From: Candidatus Electronema aureum
GTDB lineage: Bacteria > Desulfobacterota > Desulfobulbia > Desulfobulbales > Desulfobulbaceae
Reading direction: 5' to 3'
Assembly: GCA_004284765.1 (NCBI GenBank)
Contig: NQJD01000008.1
Span: 1-32,000 of the forward strand
Length of the DNA stretch: 32,000 nucleotides
This document shows positions 18,217-25,485 of this stretch, piece by piece. A program made the translations under genes and the position numbers. The notes under the pieces were generated by a model. It saw nothing but the letters and a program-made list of their open reading frames with translations. It did not search any database and was not told the DNA's origin. Within the stretch, counting starts at the first letter, position 1. Every line of letters starts with the position of its first letter.

Positions 18217-19866
18217 ATGAACGGTGCTGAACTGTTAGTCCGCTGCTTAGAGAATGAAGGCGTTGAATACATCTTCGGCATTCCTGGTGAAGAGAACTTG
18301 GCCTTCCTTGAGGTGCTGCGCACGTCTTCAATCAAATTGATTCTCACCCGGCACGAGCAAGCCGCAGGTTTTATGGCTGCTGCCTATGGCCGTTTGACCG
18401 GCAAACCGGGAGTCTGTCTTTCAACCTTGGGGCCAGGCGCAACCAACTTTGTCACCAGCGTGGCTTACGCTTTCTTGGGCGGGATGCCTTGTTTGTTCAT
18501 CACCGGCCAGAAGCCGATCAAAACCTCGAAGCAGGGTCGCTTCCAGATCATCAACGTGGTCTCAATGATGGCCTCGATCACCAAGATGACCCGGCAGGTT
18601 GTCAGCGCGGATTCCATCGCCGCATTGACCCGCGAAGCCTTCCGTACCGCTGTGCAGGAAAAGGCAGGGCCTGTGCATTTGGAGCTGCCAGAGGATATTG
18701 CTGCGGAGCCTGTTTCAGAAGCCGCCCGGCCTTTCCCGGTGACAGATGTGCCGATTCCCTTGGCTTCGGACGAGGCACTGCGCAAGGTGGCGGAGATTAT
18801 CAAGCAAGCGAAAAATCCGCTTTTGCTCATTGCTGCGGTTGCCAATCGCCGTCAGACTGGCGCGGCTCTGAAACAGTTCATCGACCGCACGGGCATTTAC
18901 TTCTTTTCTACGCAGATGGGCAAGGGTACGGCAGATGAATTTCATCCCCGCTGTCTCGGTACCGCCGCTCTTTCTGATCACGATTATCTGCACTGCGCCA
19001 TTGGCAGGGCGGATGTGATCATCAACGTTGGTCATGATGTGGTGGAGAAGCCTCCTTTTTTCATGCACCGAGATGGAGTGCAGGTAATTCATATTAATTA
19101 CTTCAGCGCGGTCTTTGACGAGGTTTATTTCCCGCAGCATGAGGTGATCGGCGACATTGCCGACTCTATCGAACGGCTATCCGAGCTGCTCCAGCCAGAC
19201 TCGTCAGCTGGGAACGGCTACTTCAGTCTGTTGAAAAAGGAGATCGAAAAAAACGTCTATCGCTGCACCCTGCCGGCCACCTTTCCCTACACGCCGCAGC
19301 AGCTCACCAAGGTGCTGCAAGAGCTGACCGACCAGGAGACCATCCTTTCTTTGGACAATGGGATGTACAAAATCTGGTTCGCCCGCAATTACAAGTCCGC
19401 CGATCCCAGCTCGGTCCTACTCGACAACGCGCTGGCGACCATGGGCGCGGGCCTGCCGGTGGCCATAGCCGCCAAGATGCTCTTCCCGCAGCGCAAGGTG
19501 ATTGCCGTCTGCGGCGACGGCGGCTTCATGATGAACTCGCAGGAGCTGGAGACCGCCATCCGCCTCAAGCTCGATCTGACCGTGCTTATTCTTCGCGATG
19601 ACGGCCTCGGCATGATCAAATGGAAGCAGGCAGGCATGAATCTGCCGCAGTTCGGTCTCGACTTCGGCAATCCTGATTTTGTCAAATACGCAGAAAGCTA
19701 CGGCGCAGCAGGCTGGCGGGTTTCCGAGCAGCATCAGCTCCCGGAAATTCTTGATCACTGCCTGAACACACCCGGCGTGCATTTAATTGAGCTGCCGATT
19801 GATTATGCGGAGAACGAATCAGTGCTGATTGAAGAGCTGCGCAAGAAAACTTGCCTAATTGGCTGA
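18217..19866 (+). CDS. thiamine-diphosphate-dependent acetolactate synthase-like enzyme (large-subunit / catabolic type)
   Basis: N-terminal pyrimidine-binding domain (GAELLVRCLENEGVEYIFGIPGEENLAF, RHEQAAGFMAAAYGRLTGKPGVCLSTLGPGATN) and ThDP motif GDGGFMMNSQELETA. The track start at 18205 is a TTG, so I trimmed to ATG 18217 (MNGAELL...). Confidence 0.8.
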   Translation: MNGAELLVRCLENEGVEYIFGIPGEENLAFLEVLRTSSIKLILTRHEQAAGFMAAAYGRLTGKPGVCLSTLGPGATNFVTSVAYAFLGGMPCLFITGQKPIKTSKQGRFQIINVVSMMASITKMTRQVVSADSIAALTREAFRTAVQEKAGPVHLELPEDIAAEPVSEAARPFPVTDVPIPLASDEALRKVAEIIKQAKNPLLLIAAVANRRQTGAALKQFIDRTGIYFFSTQMGKGTADEFHPRCLGTAALSDHDYLHCAIGRADVIINVGHDVVEKPPFFMHRDGVQVIHINYFSAVFDEVYFPQHEVIGDIADSIERLSELLQPDSSAGNGYFSLLKKEIEKNVYRCTLPATFPYTPQQLTKVLQELTDQETILSLDNGMYKIWFARNYKSADPSSVLLDNALATMGAGLPVAIAAKMLFPQRKVIAVCGDGGFMMNSQELETAIRLKLDLTVLILRDDGLGMIKWKQAGMNLPQFGLDFGNPDFVKYAESYGAAGWRVSEQHQLPEILDHCLNTPGVHLIELPIDYAENESVLIEELRKKTCLIG

Positions 19867-20543
19867 TGCCTGTTTTCCAACTCACTAACGAGATTATCTT
19901 TCCTCCGCCGGAGCTTGCCGAGCCGGATGGTCTTCTCGCCGTGGGTGGCGACCTTTCACCTGCCCGCTTGCTCGCTGCCTATCAACAGGGTCTCTTCCCG
20001 TGGTATTCCGGCAAGGAACCAATCCTCTGGTGGTCGCTTTCGCCAAGGTTAGTGCTGTTCCCGGAAGAATTTCATCTATCGAAAAGCCTTGCTCGCACCA
20101 TCCGGCGGCAGGTGTATCAGGTCAGCGCAGACACTGCCTTTGCTGAGGTGATTGCCGCCTGCGCTGCGGTACGACAGGAGACTGGAACATGGATCACCCA
20201 AGAAATGCAGGCCGCCTACATCCACTTGTACGAACTCGGCTTTGCTCATTCGATTGAATGCCGCTTCGAGGGCGAATTAGTCGGCGGGCTGTACGGAGTC
20301 TGTTTGGATAAAATGTTCTTTGGTGAATCAATGTTCTCTCTGCGCGACGATGCCTCGAAGGTTGCGCTGGCGGCTTTGGTCAATCACGCCAAACAGCTCG
20401 GTATCCAAGCGATCGACTGCCAGATGACCACCGCCCATATGCTCCGCTTCGGCAGCCACGAATTAGACCGTCCCATCTTTCAAGAATTATTAGACCAGTC
20501 TATTCAGTGCGTACAGTCCCAGCCACGTTGGCAGCTTGCTTGA
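19866..20543 (+). CDS. aat: leucyl/phenylalanyl-tRNA--protein transferase
   Basis: Close to my memory of E. coli Aat: PDGLLAVGGDLSPARLLAAYQQGLFPWY, PILWWSLSPR, GTWIT, ELGFAHSIE, ELVGGLYGV, FGESMFS. The track start 19851 is a TTG. ATG 19866 overlaps the upstream TGA by 1 nt (cTGATGc). Confidence 0.9.
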   Translation: MPVFQLTNEIIFPPPELAEPDGLLAVGGDLSPARLLAAYQQGLFPWYSGKEPILWWSLSPRLVLFPEEFHLSKSLARTIRRQVYQVSADTAFAEVIAACAAVRQETGTWITQEMQAAYIHLYELGFAHSIECRFEGELVGGLYGVCLDKMFFGESMFSLRDDASKVALAALVNHAKQLGIQAIDCQMTTAHMLRFGSHELDRPIFQELLDQSIQCVQSQPRWQLA

Positions 20544-20713
20544 AGATCAAAGCACCTCTTGTAAGGGCGGAAAAACGTTTTTTGAAAAAAGCCATTGTAG
20601 CGGCGGCATTTTTCTGATAATTTCTTTCAGGTTCTACTGTATGATACGCGAAGCAGCTCATTGCTGCCTTCGGGAACCAGATAGTGCAAAATATAACCCG
20701 CAACAACTGAACA

Positions 20714-22456
20714 ATGTATTTTTCTTCCGCTTTTTCGGTCTCATATTTCCGCAGTTTACTGCTTTTGGGCCTCACTGCCCCGCTGCTTCTCAACGGCTGC
20801 CTGCCCACCGGCAAGACCGTGGTGCAGCCGTATCCTTCCACTCCACCTGTCTCGCCGTCAAAGCATACTGTGCCGCCGAGAAAGGTACTTTCCCCGGAAG
20901 AGCAGGCTACTTATAACAAGCAGGTGTTGGAACCTGCCTTAGCTACCATCAGCGGTCGTATTGCTGCATACGAGCAACGATTGCGCGATTGGCAAGACTT
21001 GGGCAGTCGCAAAGAGTCGCTGAACCTCACTTCCGATGAAATTGAGCAGATCGTTAGCTGCCGTAACCGGGTTGCCGATCTTCAAGATGCCTACAAAGGG
21101 CTGCAAGAAAAGCTGCTTCAAGAGCAACCTGCCGAGGTTTCCCGTGAGCTGTTGTTCAAATCGCTGCAAGATTTCAAAGAGAAGGATATCGCTTATTTGG
21201 AGGGAGAATGCCCGCAGCTCTTTACCTCTTTGGCTTCCCCCTCGTCGGATACCAGCAAAGCAGTAGCGACGGAAAGTCAGAAAGTCAACAATGTTGTTCA
21301 GCAGACAGAACCCGTTACCGAGCCGCAGCAGGAGATGCCGTCCCCTGTCCAGCAAGAGCAATCGCCAGACAGTGCTTCTCTCCACCGCCAAGGACTTACT
21401 TTCCTGAAAAGTGGACAGGAGCAGGAAGCACACAGCATGTTTGTCAACGTGCTGACATCGGCGCGACAGGAGGGAAACCGACAGATGGAAATCAGTGCCC
21501 TCCAGATGCTTGCCGATCTGGATTTCGGTCATCGTGAATATGCCTCTGCTCGGAGAAAATACGGGGAACTGCGGCGACTTGACAGCAGCAAAGCAGCTCG
21601 TAGCGGCAGATATATTACTGCGCTGGAATCAGTGGGTACCCGACGCGACGAACTGGATGCCTACGCCGCTTTGCTGCTCGGTTGCCTAACCTGGAATCCT
21701 GAGAGAGATGGTTTTACAGCAGTACAACAGGCATCAGAATTCATTCGGCTTTTCTCGGATTCACCCTTAGCCGCTGATGCCGGAGAGTTATCTCGAAAAA
21801 TTGAGCAGGAAGCGGAACAGTGGTTCTCCGGCTTGACTGCTGAAGCCGACCGCCTTCAAGCGGCGAAAAAGACCGGGGAAGCAGTCAAATTGCTTGATCA
21901 GGTGCCGTTAGATATTCTGCCGTTAGATAAGCAGGATATCCTTCGACAAAAGAAAGAAACCTTATCGTCTGGTGTTGTTCAACCTGTGCAGGAGCCGCAA
22001 GCTACAGCACCTACGCAAGAGACAGCTCAATCCGATCTGATGCAGAATAATCCAGCGCAAATAGCCAACCCCAGTCCGCTTCCTGATCCGGCAACTGCTT
22101 TGCAGGAAACGTGGGACAAAGGCTTGGCAGCTATGCAGGCGGAAGATTATGATCAGGCGATCAGCACTTTTTCTCAATTGCGAAACACTTCTTTTGGCGA
22201 TAAGGCGGAAGGAAAGATAGAGGAAGCGGAACGCTTGGCGGGTGAAAGTGTTCGCAAAAAAGCAGCTTCGCTTTTTCAGCAGGCTGTTAATGCTGCGGAT
22301 TCAGCGATGAAAAAAACACTGCTGCTTTCCTCTAAATCGCTGCTGGAGGAAATTCTCAAAAAATATCCCCGCGCAGGTATCGAAGCTAAGGTTAAAAAGA
22401 ATTTAAGCAGCGTGGACAGGGAGCTGGCAGCGGTCAGCAGCGGAAGTCAGCACTGA
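20714..22456 (+). CDS. putative lipoprotein, largely helical (TPR-like segments)
   Basis: N-terminus ...LLLLGLTAPLLLNGC resembles a signal peptide plus lipobox, although Asn at -2 is atypical. It is followed by a Pro/Ser/Thr-rich linker and a long helical region with TPR-like stretches. No specific family recognised. Confidence 0.55.
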   Translation: MYFSSAFSVSYFRSLLLLGLTAPLLLNGCLPTGKTVVQPYPSTPPVSPSKHTVPPRKVLSPEEQATYNKQVLEPALATISGRIAAYEQRLRDWQDLGSRKESLNLTSDEIEQIVSCRNRVADLQDAYKGLQEKLLQEQPAEVSRELLFKSLQDFKEKDIAYLEGECPQLFTSLASPSSDTSKAVATESQKVNNVVQQTEPVTEPQQEMPSPVQQEQSPDSASLHRQGLTFLKSGQEQEAHSMFVNVLTSARQEGNRQMEISALQMLADLDFGHREYASARRKYGELRRLDSSKAARSGRYITALESVGTRRDELDAYAALLLGCLTWNPERDGFTAVQQASEFIRLFSDSPLAADAGELSRKIEQEAEQWFSGLTAEADRLQAAKKTGEAVKLLDQVPLDILPLDKQDILRQKKETLSSGVVQPVQEPQATAPTQETAQSDLMQNNPAQIANPSPLPDPATALQETWDKGLAAMQAEDYDQAISTFSQLRNTSFGDKAEGKIEEAERLAGESVRKKAASLFQQAVNAADSAMKKTLLLSSKSLLEEILKKYPRAGIEAKVKKNLSSVDRELAAVSSGSQH

Positions 22457-22508
22457 CCGGCAGAACGAACCGGACTTTGCACTCATCAAATGTGAACAGG
22501 AGCGGATT

Positions 22509-23369
22509 ATGGACGACAAAAAGAATCTTTTCATCGCGGCACTGGTCGTGCTGCTGCTGATTTCGGCTGTTTGGGGACAGAAAGAGGCCGGGCGGAAGAA
22601 AGAGCTGATTAGGGAAAATACAGCTCTGCACACCCAGCTCCAAGAGACAGGCGACGCGGTCAAAATCAGCAGCGAGCTACAGGCTGATGCAGCCCGGCAG
22701 AAAGAGGTAAGGCAACAAACTGCCGCGCAGTTAGAAAATGCTCGCCAGAAAATAGATCAGCTCAAGGCAAGCAGCACCGCGCTAGAGGCTAAGATTGCCG
22801 AGCAAAGCAAAGCCTTGGTTGATCTGCAAGCGGAAAAAGAAAAAGCTCTTGCTGCTGCTGAGGAGGCAAAAAATGCTCTGGCTGGAGAATGTGGCGAAAA
22901 AACGCAGGCGCAGCAGGAGCAGATAGAGTCCGTACAGCAGCAATTGACTCAGCAGCAGGCTCTTTTAGAGGCGCAGGAGCAGAAACTAACCTCAGCAGCC
23001 ACGGTGATTCAGCAGGAGCAACTGAGGGTCAAGGACTGCCAAGAAAAATTGCCTGCGCAGGAAAAAATGCAGACCGAGATAGAGGAGCTTGAAGCCGCCA
23101 ATAAGCAGCTGGAGGAAGAGCGCAACAAAATCCTCACCGAGGCTGAAACCTTGCACGCTCAAGTCATTGGGTTAGAGCGGATTGTCGAGGAGCGCAGTGG
23201 TACTCTTGACAAAACCAGCAAGGAGTTAGAAAACTGCAAGCTCAACAACGATGTTTTGATCGGCAAAATTGCCCAGCAGATCAAGCCGGAACCAAAAAAA
23301 GGTGGTTTCAAGAGCAAAATCGAGCAACAGCCTGAGCAGAAACCAGTTCAGCAGCCGGTTCAACAGTAA
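22509..23369 (+). CDS. N-terminally membrane-anchored coiled-coil protein (Gln/Glu/Ala/Lys-rich)
   Basis: AGGAG lies 8 nt upstream of the ATG. One TM segment (LFIAALVVLLLISAVWG) is followed by ~230 aa of heptad-like E/Q/K/A-rich sequence and a QQPEQKPVQQPVQQ tail. Confidence 0.6.
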   Translation: MDDKKNLFIAALVVLLLISAVWGQKEAGRKKELIRENTALHTQLQETGDAVKISSELQADAARQKEVRQQTAAQLENARQKIDQLKASSTALEAKIAEQSKALVDLQAEKEKALAAAEEAKNALAGECGEKTQAQQEQIESVQQQLTQQQALLEAQEQKLTSAATVIQQEQLRVKDCQEKLPAQEKMQTEIEELEAANKQLEEERNKILTEAETLHAQVIGLERIVEERSGTLDKTSKELENCKLNNDVLIGKIAQQIKPEPKKGGFKSKIEQQPEQKPVQQPVQQ

Positions 23370-23395
23370 TTTTTTCGGCGCGGCAGGTTCTCCGA

Positions 23396-23435
23396 GGCTC
23401 AGGATATGCAGCTGTCCTGAGCCTTCTCTCTTTTG
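23396..23435 (+). terminator. rho-independent terminator after the coiled-coil gene
   Basis: 9-bp perfect stem GGCTCAGGA / TCCTGAGCC (23396-23404 / 23415-23423) with a 10-nt loop, followed by the T-rich ttctctcttttg. Confidence 0.65.
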
Positions 23436-23468
23436 ATCTCCCAACACTGAAAAAGCCTCTGGAGGCAG

Positions 23469-24002
23469 ATGGTGCAGCCCCTTCTCGAATGGTTCCATTC
23501 CTTGTATGCGGCTACGTTTGCCAATACCCATTGTTGGGCTTTTCTGGCAGCAATGCCTTTTATTGCCGCTGGATTCGCTGGCATTGTCTTTCCGGCTCTG
23601 CCCGGTACTATCTTGATTGCGGGCGGTTTTCTGGTTTATGGCCTGATCACCGGCTTTGACAGTCTCTCGGTCTGGTTCTTTGTCGGCCAAGGGGTGCTGA
23701 TCTGTCTTGGCTATGCGGTTGATTTGCTCGCCACCGCTTGGGGAGTGCGGAAATTTGGCGGCTCAAAAGCAGCGGCTTGGGGCGCGGCCCTTGGTTCGCT
23801 GATGGTGTTTGTAATCGGTCCGCTGGGCATCTTGGTCGGCCCCTTGCTTGGCGCAATCGTCGGCGAGCTGATCATGGGCGAGCAGCTCAAGCAGGCTCTC
23901 CATTCTGGCATTGGCTCCTTTCTCGGCTTCATCGGCGGAGTCGCGGCCAAGCTGCTGATTGCCGGAATCATGGTCGCATGGTTTGTGTTTCAGATCATGT
24001 GA
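23469..24002 (+). CDS. DUF456-family integral membrane protein
   Basis: GGAGG lies 4 nt upstream of the ATG. 177-aa polytopic Gly/Ala/Leu-rich protein with FPALPGTILIAGGFLVYG and RKFGGSKAAAWGAALG, as I remember for DUF456. The family call is from memory only. Confidence 0.7.
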   Translation: MVQPLLEWFHSLYAATFANTHCWAFLAAMPFIAAGFAGIVFPALPGTILIAGGFLVYGLITGFDSLSVWFFVGQGVLICLGYAVDLLATAWGVRKFGGSKAAAWGAALGSLMVFVIGPLGILVGPLLGAIVGELIMGEQLKQALHSGIGSFLGFIGGVAAKLLIAGIMVAWFVFQIM

Positions 24003-24008
24003 GGAACC

Positions 24009-24269
24009 ATGCCTGAAATTTCAAGATTTTTCGGAATTATCATCAGGATGTTTTATGATGAGCATAATCCGCCGCATTTTCACGCTGAGTATTCCGGCAG
24101 CAAAGCCCTGTTTGATTTTCGCGGCAATATTCTCAAAGGGAGCCTTGAGTCGAGGACAGCGACAAGGCTTGTTCGTGAGTGGATTGATTTTCATGCCGCT
24201 GAACTTGATGCAGCATGGAAGATGGCGCGGGATGGCAAGAAGATTATGGAAATTGATCCGCTGAGGTGA
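24009..24269 (+). CDS. DUF4160-family small protein
   Basis: MPEISRFFGIIIRMFYDEHNPPHFHAEY is the hallmark N-terminus of DUF4160. Its GAGGA ribosome-binding site overlaps the DUF456 stop codon. Lower G+C than the backbone. Confidence 0.8.
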   Translation: MPEISRFFGIIIRMFYDEHNPPHFHAEYSGSKALFDFRGNILKGSLESRTATRLVREWIDFHAAELDAAWKMARDGKKIMEIDPLR

Positions 24270-24280
24270 AAGAATAAATC

Positions 24281-24529
24281 ATGTGGGACATGAATGATGT
24301 TGTCGAAATCAGCTATAAAAACGGTTATATATTTCACGTAATTTTTGATAATGGTCTTTCTGGTGATATTGACCTGTCAGAATATATTCACAAAGGGCCA
24401 ATTTTCGCCCCGCTTCGAGAAATAGATTTTCTGAAAAAGGCAAGGATCGAAGGCGGCACCATATCTTGGCCGAACGGTGCTGATATTGCGCCGGAGAGGT
24501 TGTATGAAAAATTGGTTGACACTTTTTGA
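24281..24529 (+). CDS. DUF2442-family small protein
   Basis: The 82-aa ORF reads ...[60 protein letters not shown], matching the DUF2442 pattern. It lies 11 nt after the DUF4160 gene, and the two families commonly occur as a pair. Confidence 0.8.
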   Translation: MWDMNDVVEISYKNGYIFHVIFDNGLSGDIDLSEYIHKGPIFAPLREIDFLKKARIEGGTISWPNGADIAPERLYEKLVDTF

Positions 24530-24769
24530 GCAGCCAGAAGTTTTCTGGCTTGCACCCTGAAACGTTATAGCTCCGAGCCTAAAATTTTACGGCTTGAGCC
24601 ACTCGGTTTCTGGATTCAAGCCAGAAGAAGTATAGGTCGAAGCAGCGGCGTTGAATTCTATTCTTTACGAACGCAGCAAAAAAACTCTCGCGAATGAGGC
24701 AAATTATAGGCACGTGCGTTTGTCAGTCAACAAGCATTGACATGTTGGAAGTCTCTAAGTTTGAACCAG

Positions 24770-24864
24770 TCAAGCAGGCTCTACATTCGGGCAGCGACTC
24801 CTTTTTTGGTGGAGTTGCGGCAAAGATTTTTCTTGTCGGAATCATGGGTTATTTTCAGATTTAA
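24770..24864 (+). pseudogene. relic second copy of the 3' end of a DUF456 gene
   Basis: Frame-1 translation KQALHSGSDSFFGGVAAKIFLVGIMGYFQI* aligns with the end of the intact gene, KQALHSGIGSFLGFIGGVAAKLLIAGIMVAWFVFQIM*. At DNA level the 13-mer tcaagcaggctct (23887 and 24770) and the 11-mer cggaatcatgg are shared. Confidence 0.7.
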
Positions 24865-24897
24865 TAAGGATTTTTTGCAATCAGAGCAAGATTAATC

Positions 24898-25461
24898 ATG
24901 GAAAATAATAGGCTTTTTTTAAAAAAAATTGCGACAAAAAAATTTATTTTAATTATTGGTATCATTTTATGGCTAATATATCCTCCTAAAGTTGGATTCA
25001 CTTTGCATTTATCTTTGGGATGTATAAGATTTTTTATTGTTATTTCTTTTGTTCTTATCACATTAGATGTAATTTTCTTCTTCATAGAAAGGAGTAGTAT
25101 TTATCTATACGATATATTGAAAGTGCTAATACTATTGACAGTAAGCACTGCTGGTAATTTTTATTTAAAATCACTTGATAACCAAGCTGTAGGTTTCTTA
25201 AGAAATTCAGCAGAAAATATTCGATCTCAATGTATTAAATTGAAAAAATGCCCAGTGTGTCTTGATGGATGGAAGAAAATTGATGACAACGATTATTGTC
25301 AATATAAATATATTGGAAGTGGCGGAACTGTATTTTATATATACTATTATCCTGATAATGATCATTTTAACATGTATATACACTATGGCCCTGATTCAGA
25401 ATTTCATTTGTATGGAAGCATCAAAACACCTGTTTCAGAAGATCGTTATGACGACCTATAA
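24898..25461 (+). CDS. orphan, very AT-rich membrane protein with Cys-containing soluble C-terminal domain
   Basis: 187-aa ATG ORF. It has about three hydrophobic helices (FILIIGIILWLIY, FFIVISFVLITLDVIFFFI, VLILLTVSTAG), then ...CIKLKKCPVCLDGW...CQYKYIG... rich in Tyr/Asp/Asn. No family recognised. The coding call rests on ORF length in a stop-rich AT context. Confidence 0.5.
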   Translation: MENNRLFLKKIATKKFILIIGIILWLIYPPKVGFTLHLSLGCIRFFIVISFVLITLDVIFFFIERSSIYLYDILKVLILLTVSTAGNFYLKSLDNQAVGFLRNSAENIRSQCIKLKKCPVCLDGWKKIDDNDYCQYKYIGSGGTVFYIYYYPDNDHFNMYIHYGPDSEFHLYGSIKTPVSEDRYDDL

Positions 25462-25485
25462 TTTTTAGTATTTAGTTAATAAGAC

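Noticed and set aside
20544-20713. The AAAAACGTTTTT palindrome and surrounding 170-nt spacer between aat and the lipoprotein gene as a terminator or sRNA.
   Set aside because: The palindrome is purely A/T plus a CG core with no GC-rich stem. No convincing hairpin plus U-tract or conserved RNA motif could be read.
24614-24656. An attC-like site with ATTCAAG ... GTTGAAT termini (R''/R'-like, GTTRRRY) and a possible extrahelical G, which would suggest an integron cassette.
   Set aside because: At 43 nt it is shorter than typical attC sites. The inner L''/L' pairing is poor and the left box has G where the consensus needs C. No integrase and no second attC-like site is visible. I kept it only as part of the hairpin-rich spacer observation.
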